Source: a virus. Taken from it: 33,307 bases of DNA. The translations under genes and the position numbers were made by a program. The notes beneath the pieces are model-generated. The model made no database searches. It was not told where the DNA came from and saw only the letters and a list, made by a program, of their open reading frames with translations. Of this stretch, positions 23,807 to 32,435 are shown in pieces; position 1 is the stretch's first letter; each line of letters begins with the position of its first letter. The stretch is taken from the IMG/VR virus record IMGVR_UViG_3300015369_000022, positions 1 through 33,307 of that record; one strand, given 5' to 3'.

Positions 23807-24952
23807 TTAGCTTTGCGCTGATAAGAGCTCATCGATGCCATGCGCTATTCCTCTGGAGCTGGCGGATGCATCCTGGAAGAGATGAGTGTATATGTCGAGC
23901 GTGGTCGACTTCTCAGCATGTCCCAGCTGGCTCGATATGTCGAGTATGTCATATCCCAGATATCTCGCAAGGCTGGCGTGAGTATGACGGAGCTTGTGCG
24001 GTGTTACGGCCGGGAGATTGTGTCGCTCTTCCAGCCGCATCAAATACCAGCTGACTTGATTCGAGTGGATCGGGGATCCGTCATAGTCCAGGATGACGAA
24101 ATTTGATCGCTCAAGGCCCGGCATCCGGATCCAGAGCTCGAGATGCCGCTTCCGGAGCTGAGCGAGATGATCCTTGAGCCGGTCCGGGATGGCTATCGTC
24201 CGGGCTGACTCTTTTGTTTTGGTATCAGAGACGATGTCCTTGATCTCATCGCCGGTATTCACGCGATGGCGCGACTTATTCACAGTGATGATGCCGTCTC
24301 CGATGTTATCGACGGTGAGACCTAAGATCTCCGACATACGGAGACCACAGAATAAGGCCAGCTCAATCGCACATACGCGGTCCGGCTCCGCGTCAAATTC
24401 CGTATCAAGAGCGCTACAAAATGGAATAAATGTCTCAATGTCCAGAGTGATCGGCTCCTTGCGCTCTTTTTTCGGAAGCTCGACTCGCTCGCAAGGATTC
24501 CGGTCGAGCTCTCCCAGGCGGACAGCCCGGTTATATGCTGAGCTGAGCAGCGAGACCGTATTCCGGACCGTCTTCGGAGAATAATTCTTGTCTTCCGTCA
24601 GTTTCCGGATCCATCTGTCGATATCCATCGGCTTCACGTTCTTCGCTTTCGGATCTCCCAGAGTCTCAGCGATGCGCTCCCGGACTACACGGTATCCTCT
24701 GAGCGTGGTCTCTCTGGCTCCGGCCGACTTCCTGGCGTCGATATAGTCATTGATGATGTCAGAGAGCGTCACGGATCCGCGGAGAGCCTTATTATTATCG
24801 ACTTCGGTCTCGAATAATCTGTATTGACGATTGAGATCCCGCTTCGATGTATATTCGACCGTCTTCTTGTATCGGATCGGCTTCCCGGCGAGATCTGATC
24901 CTCTGTATACCACGAGCCGGGCCTTATGATCGTTAATTATTTCAATTCCCAT
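23807..24952 (-). CDS. int: Phage integrase (tyrosine recombinase with N-terminal arm-binding-type domain)
   Basis: 381 aa. Signature is GLRMSEIL (R), HKLRHTHAS (HxxR) and GHAEKSTTLDIYTH (H..Y). The gene is adjacent to attP and the repressor. Confidence 0.9.
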   Translation of the reverse strand: MGIEIINDHKARLVVYRGSDLAGKPIRYKKTVEYTSKRDLNRQYRLFETEVDNNKALRGSVTLSDIINDYIDARKSAGARETTLRGYRVVRERIAETLGDPKAKNVKPMDIDRWIRKLTEDKNYSPKTVRNTVSLLSSAYNRAVRLGELDRNPCERVELPKKERKEPITLDIETFIPFCSALDTEFDAEPDRVCAIELALFCGLRMSEILGLTVDNIGDGIITVNKSRHRVNTGDEIKDIVSDTKTKESARTIAIPDRLKDHLAQLRKRHLELWIRMPGLERSNFVILDYDGSPIHSNQVSWYLMRLEERHNLPAVTPHKLRHTHASLARYLGYDILDISSQLGHAEKSTTLDIYTHLFQDASASSRGIAHGIDELLSAQS

Positions 24953-25095
24953 CGTATTACCTCCTTAAATCTTGATGATTGAAGGTCCGGGATGCTATAA
25001 TTAAACGGTGATGTTACAACAATTCCCGTCGTGCATCACAGACCTCCGCCAGAGTGTCGGCGCCTTCCGTCACTCTGGCTGTTTTTATGTCTTTA

Positions 25096-25728
25096 TTAGT
25101 TTATGCTCCTTCGCTGCTCGATGACTTTCCCCTTGATCGTGATCGGAAGAGAAGCGATCTCATCATTCGTGTAAAAATGCGGGGAGTACACTTCCGGATT
25201 AAGAGCCACAAGCGTGATTCCGGCTTCCGATATGAAAACTTGCTTGATTGTAGCTTCATCTCCATTGATGGCCACGACCGCGATCTCTCCGCTGTTAATC
25301 GTCGGTTGAGATCTGACGATCACGGTGTCTCCGTCCATTATCATCGGGGACATGCTATTCCCTTTTACCTGGACAGCGAAGAGCTCTCCGCTGTTAGGGC
25401 TCTCATAATTGATATAGTCGACAGGCTGATCGATCATCATCCTTCCAGGGCCGGCCGCGACAGATTCGTAGACTGGAATCTGATAATTGATTTCCGGCTC
25501 TTCCGGAGCATCGACTACTCCGTCCCATCCCATCAGATCTCCGGCCGGAATCTGGAGAGCTTTTGCGAAGAGAAGAATCTTCGATTGAGTCAGATCGACA
25601 TCTCCCTTCTCGACATGCGCGATCATTGACTTGTCTGAATATCCCACAAGCTCCGCGAGCTTTTGCTGAGACAGTCCCAGCTCTTGACGGCGCTTCTTTA
25701 TGTTCTTATATAACTCCAACATGGTCAC
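25096..25728 (-). CDS. CI-like repressor: XRE HTH plus S24 (LexA-like) autopeptidase
   Basis: The HTH region is LGLSQQKLAELVGYSDKSMIAHVEKG. The S24 motifs are VAAGPG and GNSMSPMIMDGDTVIV...GEIAVV. Confidence 0.9.
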   Translation of the reverse strand: MTMLELYKNIKKRRQELGLSQQKLAELVGYSDKSMIAHVEKGDVDLTQSKILLFAKALQIPAGDLMGWDGVVDAPEEPEINYQIPVYESVAAGPGRMMIDQPVDYINYESPNSGELFAVQVKGNSMSPMIMDGDTVIVRSQPTINSGEIAVVAINGDEATIKQVFISEAGITLVALNPEVYSPHFYTNDEIASLPITIKGKVIEQRRSIN

Positions 25729-25747
25729 ATCCTCCTTGATGATTCTA

Positions 25748-25776
25748 ATTCTACATTAAGTGTAAAATAATTGCAA
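25748..25776 (-). promoter_or_regulatory. Repressor-maintenance-type promoter (TTGCAA-17-TAGAAT)
   Basis: Read on the - strand, about 20 nt upstream of the repressor RBS and ATG. Confidence 0.55.
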
Positions 25777-25794
25777 CAAATCTGTAAAAAGTTG

Positions 25795-25823
25795 TTGACA
25801 CATTCAACCTATAGGAGTACTAT
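25795..25823 (+). promoter_or_regulatory. Early lytic promoter (TTGACA-17-TACTAT)
   Basis: Perfect -35, 17-nt spacer and a good -10. It diverges from the repressor gene. Confidence 0.7.
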
Positions 25824-25879
25824 AAGGATGCGAGATGAATTACATTCAACACGACGGGAAACAAAACGGAGGTAACATC

Positions 25880-26323
25880 ATGCTGAGAGAAGAATTTGAA
25901 AAGCTGGCCGGATACAAGGTAAGTGCTGAAGACTATCACAGGATCATCGAGCCGATGTACATGGCCACAGATCTGGACAAGAAAGCATTCGTCAAGAGCA
26001 TCAACAAGATGTCGGGACTCAGAAAGTCAATCGAGAGAAAGCCGGAGAAACTCATCAAGACAATGAGCGTGATGAATAGATACGGATACACAGAGACTCC
26101 GAATGGATGCTGGAAATTCATCAAATACGTCGAAGTCGTTGACATCAATCTGAAGACCGGAAGATACGTTGTAAGATATCTCGATGAAGAGGATCTCGAC
26201 AGACTCGCGGCGGACGGAGAAGATCTGAATTACTCAACCAGCTACGACATGCACTTCTCAAAGTGCGAAGACGAAAGCGGAAAGCCGATGAGCGAAAGGC
26301 TCTACGAAGAATTCTATATCTAA
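25880..26323 (+). CDS. Hypothetical early protein
   Basis: GGAGGT lies 6 nt upstream of ATG 25880. The track start at 25835 has no RBS. Confidence 0.6.
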   Translation: MLREEFEKLAGYKVSAEDYHRIIEPMYMATDLDKKAFVKSINKMSGLRKSIERKPEKLIKTMSVMNRYGYTETPNGCWKFIKYVEVVDINLKTGRYVVRYLDEEDLDRLAADGEDLNYSTSYDMHFSKCEDESGKPMSERLYEEFYI

Positions 26324-26378
26324 GGAAGGCGCGGAGCTCCCTCCGGGGAGCTCCAGGAATAAAACACAAGGAGGTCAA

Positions 26379-26744
26379 ATGATGTACAAGGTAGCAAGAC
26401 AGGAAGTGAAGACAATTTACGATATCACAATTACGCTTGATGACATGATGGAGATCGCGGAGAAGGCCGCGGAGCTGAGAGATGGTCCGCTGTTCAAGGA
26501 CAGCGACAGATTCCCGGCATTACTCAACGAATTCGATCTGATTGAATGCGGTCCGATGACAGCTGAGACCATGTTCCGTAAGATCTGGAGCATCGGCGGA
26601 GGCCCGGAGAATACAAAGGCCATCAGTTTCATCGTCGAATATGTGCTCAAATTCGACGGAATCGTGAATTATGGATTCTACAGAGAAGAGAAGATGTCCG
26701 CGACACTGGAAGTATACAAGTACGGCGATCAGATCAACAGATAA
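26379..26744 (+). CDS. Hypothetical early protein
   Basis: AAGGAGGT RBS. Confidence 0.65.
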   Translation: MMYKVARQEVKTIYDITITLDDMMEIAEKAAELRDGPLFKDSDRFPALLNEFDLIECGPMTAETMFRKIWSIGGGPENTKAISFIVEYVLKFDGIVNYGFYREEKMSATLEVYKYGDQINR

Positions 26745-26755
26745 GGAGGTCAGTC

Positions 26756-27058
26756 ATGTTAGCACTGGAGACAAGGAAGACGATGGCAAGATGCAAGGAG
26801 GATCATATCGATCCGACCGTAATGAGATACATCCCGAAGAAGGTCCAGCCGTACATCATGTGTGCGGAGAAGGACATTGATGGATACTGGGCGTATTGTG
26901 TACCGGGAGCGAAATTCATCGCGACAGACTGTCATACAGCTCATGGCGAGACTGTCGCTGAATTCAAGAATGATGTCAGATGGATCAAGGAATGGGAAAA
27001 TGATCCGGAGCTTGATCGGATGATTGAGAGGTATGAAAGGAGGAATGTGAATGGCTAA
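26756..27058 (+). CDS. Hypothetical early protein
   Basis: AAGGAGGT RBS. Confidence 0.65.
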   Translation: MLALETRKTMARCKEDHIDPTVMRYIPKKVQPYIMCAEKDIDGYWAYCVPGAKFIATDCHTAHGETVAEFKNDVRWIKEWENDPELDRMIERYERRNVNG

Positions 27059-27254
27059 GATCGAAGAGCTGAAGACAGTCATGAAGGACAGCGGGATGAC
27101 GGTTGTGGCAATTGCTGAGAAGTCGGGAATTGAGCGTGCGACGCTTTACAATCGTCTCTCCGGTGTCGGGGACTTTACGGCCGATGAGATCATCGGGCTG
27201 TCGAAAGCGCTGCACATGACGAAGTCACAAAGAGACCATATTTTTTTGGAATAA
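27051..27254 (+). CDS. Small HTH DNA-binding protein (Cro/antirepressor-class candidate)
   Basis: 67 aa. MTVVAIAEKSGIERATLYNRLSG looks like an HTH. Confidence 0.55.
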   Translation: MAKIEELKTVMKDSGMTVVAIAEKSGIERATLYNRLSGVGDFTADEIIGLSKALHMTKSQRDHIFLE

Positions 27255-27285
27255 GGGTTGAATTAAATTCACCATTGGAGGATTT

Positions 27286-27501
27286 ATGTACGAGATTTTA
27301 CTGAAGCTCATGGAGAGAGCCGGAGTCGATATCGAGACCGTCTCGGAGAAGACCGGGATCCCGATGTCAATATTCATCGCCTGGGAGGCCGGCGAATACC
27401 AGCCGAAGACAGACAAGCTCATGAAGCTGGCGAAATACTTCGGAGTCCCGCTGAGCATATTCTACGGAGGCGATATCTATGACAGAGAAGACAATGAGTG
27501 A
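27286..27501 (+). CDS. XRE-family HTH protein
   Basis: VDIETVSEKTGIPMSIFIAWEAGEYQPKTDKLMKLAKYFGVPL is a typical HTH_3 pattern. Confidence 0.7.
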   Translation: MYEILLKLMERAGVDIETVSEKTGIPMSIFIAWEAGEYQPKTDKLMKLAKYFGVPLSIFYGGDIYDREDNE

Positions 27502-27658
27502 GATACAGAGCTATCTCAGCGAGAGGATGCCACAAGAGGCTTGTGTCCATCTCGATAAGAAGACGGGAAAGTGTAAGCGAGAAGGATTCACATGCTGGCA
27601 TCCGGAAGAGGTCATCTGTACGGCTTATAACGACGGCGGCCCGTCGGTCTTCGGATAA
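27479..27658 (+). CDS. Small Cys-rich protein (59 aa), below the ORF-track threshold
   Basis: Translates to MTEKTMSEIQSYLSERMPQEACVHLDKKTGKCKREGFTCWHPEEVICTAYNDGGPSVFG. It fills an otherwise gene-free gap. The internal ATG at 27494 is an alternative start. Confidence 0.45.
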   Translation: MTEKTMSEIQSYLSERMPQEACVHLDKKTGKCKREGFTCWHPEEVICTAYNDGGPSVFG

Positions 27659-27668
27659 GGAGGAAGAC

Positions 27669-27944
27669 ATGAAGGTCAAGAAGTTAACTCATAACTATGG
27701 GATCGCGGAATTCAAGGGCGGCAAGGTCGGAGCGTTCCGATATGCCGGACTCAACCATCTCGGAAGGCGAATATATGACCAGGTCGGGGAATTCGATACG
27801 GTCGATGAGGCGATGGCCGCGATCAATAAGAAGGAGGTCAAGGCAAATGATAAGAAGAATGACGGGAATACTAAGAAGAGCGCTGATCGGACTGGGAATT
27901 CTGATTCTACTCGGAAGTCCGGGAGCGGCCGACTTCGCAAATGA
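27669..27944 (+). CDS. Hypothetical protein with a basic low-complexity tail
   Basis: AAGGAGGA RBS precedes ATG 27669. The upstream part of track ORF 27498-27944 overlaps the 27479 ORF out of frame. Confidence 0.55.
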   Translation: MKVKKLTHNYGIAEFKGGKVGAFRYAGLNHLGRRIYDQVGEFDTVDEAMAAINKKEVKANDKKNDGNTKKSADRTGNSDSTRKSGSGRLRK

Positions 27945-28053
27945 GACCGGAGCATATTGCACATGGTCGGAGATCCTTATTCCGCTGATCATGGGAGCGC
28001 TGCTCATCGGCGTGGGATTGACTATTCCGGCAAGTAATGAGGGGAGGTCGTGA
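27847..28053 (+). CDS. Small membrane protein (signal/TM plus second TM), overlapping the 27669 ORF in another frame
   Basis: AAGGAGG lies 8 nt upstream of ATG 27847. Hydrophobic segments are ILRRALIGLGILILLGSPGAA and ILIPLIMGALLIGVGL. Confidence 0.45.
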   Translation: MIRRMTGILRRALIGLGILILLGSPGAADFANETGAYCTWSEILIPLIMGALLIGVGLTIPASNEGRS

Positions 28054-28055
28054 TT

Positions 28056-28244
28056 ATGTACTTAACCACGAATCAGCTCGCTGAAAAGCTACAGATCAGC
28101 ATCCCGACGCTGGTAAGGCTCCGGACCAAAGGCGTGATCCGGGGATATAAGGTCGGGAATCAATGGCGATACGACGAAGACGAAGTCGATGAGGCTATGA
28201 AGGGAGGTCAGTATGACACGAGAAGAACACCAGGAATTCGCTAA
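28056..28244 (+). CDS. Excisionase/MerR-like HTH_17 DNA-binding protein
   Basis: The motif LTTNQLAEKLQISIPTLVRLRTKGVIRGYKVGNQWRY is typical of the Xis-type winged helix. Confidence 0.6.
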   Translation: MYLTTNQLAEKLQISIPTLVRLRTKGVIRGYKVGNQWRYDEDEVDEAMKGGQYDTRRTPGIR

Positions 28245-28419
28245 TCAATGCGCGAGCGTCGTGAAGCGGCTCCGGATAAGGCTTAAGGAGCTCCAGAGCA
28301 AGATCGACGAAAGCGACAAAATCGAGAAGGCATATCTGACGCATCAGATCGAGGATCTGACGCGGCTATACCAGAAACACCAGGCGGCGGCCTGGGGATA
28401 CACAAAGGAGGTCAAATGA
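28213..28419 (+). CDS. Hypothetical protein
   Basis: GGGAGGT RBS; 68 aa, helical. Confidence 0.55.
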   Translation: MTREEHQEFANQCASVVKRLRIRLKELQSKIDESDKIEKAYLTHQIEDLTRLYQKHQAAAWGYTKEVK

Positions 28420-28784
28420 ATAGGTATGACAAGATTGAAAATCTCTTCACTGAGATGAATGAGCATCTCATGAAGGCGCATGAGTGCGGTGAAGAGATCG
28501 AAAAGGAGCTGCTCGCCATCAAGATCGAGCGCTATATGAAGGATGAGGCAATAAAAGAAGACGCTCCGGCTGAAGCGTCCCCGACGAAGAGAGATCATAC
28601 GAATTTCACTTTCGCTGATTCAATTTTACCACATGAGCCGAAATTCCTCAAAGCCGGAGAGAACATCGTCCCGGAGAAATTCTGGAAGGATCCGCCGGCC
28701 GGAGGCTATGGCGAGCCGATCCAGAGCGTGCTCAGCCGCACAATGGAAGATATCAAGATGAGGAAGGAGGCTCTCAATGGATAA
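28416..28784 (+). CDS. Hypothetical protein
   Basis: AAGGAGGT RBS. Confidence 0.6.
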   Translation: MNRYDKIENLFTEMNEHLMKAHECGEEIEKELLAIKIERYMKDEAIKEDAPAEASPTKRDHTNFTFADSILPHEPKFLKAGENIVPEKFWKDPPAGGYGEPIQSVLSRTMEDIKMRKEALNG

Positions 28785-29250
28785 GATGACAATTTACGAG
28801 ATCGACAATGCAATTCTTGAATGCGTCGATATGGAGACCGGGGAGATTCTCGATGATGAGCGTCTCAACGAGCTCAACATGGCAAGAGACAAGAAGATCG
28901 AAGGCGTGGCGTGCTGGATCAAGGATATCGAGGCGAGACAGGCCGCCAGGAAGACCGAAATTTCGTCTCTGACGGCGAAAAACAAGTCGGATGACAAATT
29001 GGTCGAGAATCTCGAGGAATGGCTCAGAATGGCCACGGGAGAGGCGAAATTCGTCACTCCGCGAGTGACTATCGGCTGGAGAAAATCCGATTCCGTCAAC
29101 ATCGTCGATGAAGCAGCCATCCCGGAGGCGTACAAGAGGCGTGTCGAAGAGGTAAAGATTGACAAGATGTTCATCAAGAAGGCAATCAAGGACGGATTCA
29201 TAGTGTCCGGCGCTGAGCTGGAAGAGAAGAACAATATCCAGATCAAATAA
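28777..29250 (+). CDS. Sipho_Gp157-like protein
   Basis: The N-terminus is MTIYEIDNAILECVDMETGEILD. The size and the position upstream of the Sak4-like ATPase are typical of this family. Confidence 0.65.
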   Translation: MDKMTIYEIDNAILECVDMETGEILDDERLNELNMARDKKIEGVACWIKDIEARQAARKTEISSLTAKNKSDDKLVENLEEWLRMATGEAKFVTPRVTIGWRKSDSVNIVDEAAIPEAYKRRVEEVKIDKMFIKKAIKDGFIVSGAELEEKNNIQIK

Positions 29251-29268
29251 GGAGGTAAGGAGGTCTAA

Positions 29269-30315
29269 ATGGAAATAACAAGAGGAAAGATGAGCTCGGC
29301 TGAGCGAGTCGTGATATACGGACCGGAGGGAATCGGAAAGTCGACTCTCGCGTCGAGATTCCCGGATCCGCTGTTCATTGACACGGAAGGCTCCACATCT
29401 GAGCTCGATGTCGCGAGGCTCCCCGCTCCGAAGACGTGGAATGAGCTCGGAGATGAAGTGATATATGTGGCAAGTCATCCGAAGATATGTAAGACGCTTG
29501 TCATTGATACAGCTGACTGGGCTGAGCGGCTCTGTATAGCGTACATATGCGAGAAGTATAACAAGCCGTCAATCGAAGCCTGGAATTACGGCAAAGGCTA
29601 TGTCGTACTCAAGGAGGAATTCTCGAAGCTGATCAAGATATTGACGTCGATCAACGAGAAGGGGATCCATGTCGTAATGACAGCGCATGCCATGATGCGT
29701 AAATTCGAGCGCCCGGACGAATCCGGAGCATACGACAGATGGGAGCTCAAGCTCGAAAAGAAGACGGCTCCGCTTGTGAAGGAATGGTCGACGATGCTTC
29801 TCTTCGCAAACTACGACATCAAGGTCGTGAAGGATGAGAATGACCGTGCTAAGGCTCACGGAGGCGAGCGCGTCATGTATACGGCTCATCATCCATGCTG
29901 GGACGCGAAGAATCGGAAGGGAATGCCGGAAGTGATGCCATTCAAATGGGAGTCGCTCGAGCCGTATATCGACGATATGAGCGGAGAAAAGCCGGAAATC
30001 GTCCCGGAAGTCAAGGAAGAGCCGAAAACTCCGCCAGAGGTCGAAAAACCGGCGGAGAGCGAGCCGAATATGGTCGAGATTCCGGGAGTCGAAGATCTGA
30101 AGGAGCAAGATGCGCTCATTGACAAGCTCCACGAGCTGGCCGGAGCCATCACAGACGCTCAGATCCAGGACGCTGTCGCATCAAAAGGCTACTATCCGGC
30201 AAGCGTCCCGATCGAGAGCTATGATCCGGAATTTATCAAAGGCGTGCTGATTGATGCATGGCCGCAAGTCGAAGAAATTATCTATAACAAAATTGAACAA
30301 GACGTACCATTTTAA
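29269..30315 (+). CDS. AAA_24 / Sak4-like RecA-core ATPase with a C-terminal extension
   Basis: Walker A is VIYGPEGIGKSTLAS, followed by PLFIDTEG. Confidence 0.75.
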   Translation: MEITRGKMSSAERVVIYGPEGIGKSTLASRFPDPLFIDTEGSTSELDVARLPAPKTWNELGDEVIYVASHPKICKTLVIDTADWAERLCIAYICEKYNKPSIEAWNYGKGYVVLKEEFSKLIKILTSINEKGIHVVMTAHAMMRKFERPDESGAYDRWELKLEKKTAPLVKEWSTMLLFANYDIKVVKDENDRAKAHGGERVMYTAHHPCWDAKNRKGMPEVMPFKWESLEPYIDDMSGEKPEIVPEVKEEPKTPPEVEKPAESEPNMVEIPGVEDLKEQDALIDKLHELAGAITDAQIQDAVASKGYYPASVPIESYDPEFIKGVLIDAWPQVEEIIYNKIEQDVPF

Positions 30316-30327
30316 GGAGGTAAACAA

Positions 30328-30825
30328 ATGGGATTCGATGATATTAAAGGGACAGGATTCGAGGAAGTTAATGCTAATGACTCATTCGAAGGCAAGGAAT
30401 ACGGCTGGGATGATGAGATTGAGAAGGATTCGGAGGGATTTACTCTCCTTGAGCCGGGCGAGTACGATTTCGAAGTCGTGAATTTCGAGAGAGCGCGTCA
30501 CAATGGATCCGCGAAGCTCCCGGCATGCAATAAGGCAATCATCACGCTGAGAGTGTCAGCTCCGGACGGGAGATCCGTCGATCTGAAGCATAATCTCTTC
30601 CTCCATTCAAAATGTGAGGGCCTTCTCTCCGCATTTTTCGTCGGAATCGGACTGAAGAAGCATGGCGAGAAACTGAAAATGGACTGGAGTAAAGTCGTAG
30701 GCCGCCGCGGACGCTGTACGGTCGGAGTCCATGAATACAATGGCAAGACATACAACGACATAAAGAGGATTCTTGAGCCGAAGGAAGCGCCAGCTCAGAC
30801 ATCATTCAAGGCCGGCACATTCTAA
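30328..30825 (+). CDS. DUF669-family protein (SSB-like phage replication/recombination accessory)
   Basis: Carries the LLEPGEYDFEVVNFE motif and sits between the Sak4-like ATPase and the helicase. Confidence 0.6.
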   Translation: MGFDDIKGTGFEEVNANDSFEGKEYGWDDEIEKDSEGFTLLEPGEYDFEVVNFERARHNGSAKLPACNKAIITLRVSAPDGRSVDLKHNLFLHSKCEGLLSAFFVGIGLKKHGEKLKMDWSKVVGRRGRCTVGVHEYNGKTYNDIKRILEPKEAPAQTSFKAGTF

Positions 30826-30827
30826 GA

Positions 30828-32435
30828 ATGGAGCTGAGGCCATACCAGGAAGCGGCTCGGACAGCGATCGAATCGGAATGGTCCAGAGGCGTCAAGAATA
30901 CGCTTCTGGTCCTTCCGACCGGGACAGGGAAGACAGTATGCTTCTCGAAGGTAGTCGAAGACCAGGTCAAGGCCGGAGATCGATGCCTTATACTCGCACA
31001 TCGCGGAGAGCTGCTCGACCAGGCCGCGGACAAGCTGGAGAAATTGACGGGACTCCACGCTTCTGTCGAGAAGGCCGGAGAATCATCTCTCGACAGCTTT
31101 TATCGAGTCACTGTCGGATCCGTCCAAACGATGATGAGAGAATCGAGGCTCGCGAGATTCCCGGAGGATTATTTCGGGACAATAGTGGTCGATGAAGCTC
31201 ATCACTCAACAGCTGATAGCTATACACGGATCCTTGAGCACTTTGGAGGCGCGAAAGTGCTCGGAGTGACAGCGACTCCGGACCGCGGAGACAAGAAAAA
31301 TCTCGGACAGATATTCGAGACGCTGGCATATGAATACACGCTCCCGCAAGCCATCAAGGAAGGTTATTTGTGCAAGATCAAAGCTCAGACGATTCCGCTG
31401 GCACTCGACATCTCGGATGTCGGCATCTCAGCCGGAGATCTGAAGGCCGGAGAGCTCGGAGACGCTCTTGAGCCATATCTTGAGAGCATAGCTGATGAGA
31501 TGCTGGAGTATTGCCAAGATCGAAAGACCGTGGTCTTCCTCCCGCTTGTGAAGACATCTCAGACATTCAGAGACATCCTCAATTCAAGAGGATTCAAAGC
31601 GGCTGAGGTAAATGGCAATAGTGCGGACCGGACTGAGATACTCGAGGCATTCGAGAATGGAGAATATAACGTGCTCTGTAATTCGATGCTCTTGACGGAA
31701 GGCTGGGACTGTCCGTCGGTCGATTGCATCATCGTGCTCCGTCCGACTAAGATCCGGAGCTTATACGCTCAGATGATCGGACGCGGGACCAGGCTATGTG
31801 ACGGGAAGGATCATCTCTTGATTCTCGACTTCTTATGGCATACGGCGAGACACTCGCTCTGTCATCCGGCGCATCTCATATGTGAGTCGGAGGAAGTCGC
31901 GGATCGCATGACGAAGCTTCTCGAGTCGGCTGATGAGGCTATGGACATCGAGGAAGCTGAGGAAGAAGCGAAGCGTGACGCGGTCAAAGAGCGTGAGGCC
32001 GCTCTTGCGAGGAAGCTTCAAGAGATGCGGACTCGGAAGAGGAAGCTTGTGGATCCGCTCCAATTCGAGATGAGCATCCAGGCGGAAGATCTGGTCAATT
32101 ACGAGCCATCATTCGGATGGGAGATGATGCCGCCGTCAGCTAAGCAGCTGAAGACGCTCGAGAAATTCGGAATCTATACCGATGAGATCGAATGCGCTGG
32201 CAAGGCATCGCTCATCCTGGACAAACTGATCAAGCGCAAGGAAGCCGGACTCTCGACTCCGAAACAAATCAGATATCTGGAGCGAGTCGGATTCAAGCAC
32301 GTCGGGACATGGTCGTTTCAGTCCGCGACGAACATGATTACAAGACTGGCGAATAATAATTGGAGAGTGCCATACGGAATAAATCCGGCCACATATCAAC
32401 CAATTGAGGAAGGAGGCGAGGCTTATGGATGGTAA
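30828..32435 (+). CDS. SF2 DEAD/DEAH-box helicase
   Basis: Motif I is LPTGTGKT, motif II is VVDEAHHS and motif III is GVTATP. The C-terminal half contains QMIGRGTR. Confidence 0.85.
   Translation: MELRPYQEAARTAIESEWSRGVKNTLLVLPTGTGKTVCFSKVVEDQVKAGDRCLILAHRGELLDQAADKLEKLTGLHASVEKAGESSLDSFYRVTVGSVQTMMRESRLARFPEDYFGTIVVDEAHHSTADSYTRILEHFGGAKVLGVTATPDRGDKKNLGQIFETLAYEYTLPQAIKEGYLCKIKAQTIPLALDISDVGISAGDLKAGELGDALEPYLESIADEMLEYCQDRKTVVFLPLVKTSQTFRDILNSRGFKAAEVNGNSADRTEILEAFENGEYNVLCNSMLLTEGWDCPSVDCIIVLRPTKIRSLYAQMIGRGTRLCDGKDHLLILDFLWHTARHSLCHPAHLICESEEVADRMTKLLESADEAMDIEEAEEEAKRDAVKEREAALARKLQEMRTRKRKLVDPLQFEMSIQAEDLVNYEPSFGWEMMPPSAKQLKTLEKFGIYTDEIECAGKASLILDKLIKRKEAGLSTPKQIRYLERVGFKHVGTWSFQSATNMITRLANNNWRVPYGINPATYQPIEEGGEAYGW

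Noticed and set aside
25039-25085. Hairpin gccagagtg-N14-cactctggc followed by tgttttta, located between int and the repressor
   Set aside because: The T-tract is on the + strand, where nothing is transcribed toward it. On the - strand, where it could terminate the repressor transcript, no U-tract follows. Function is unclear, so I did not call it.
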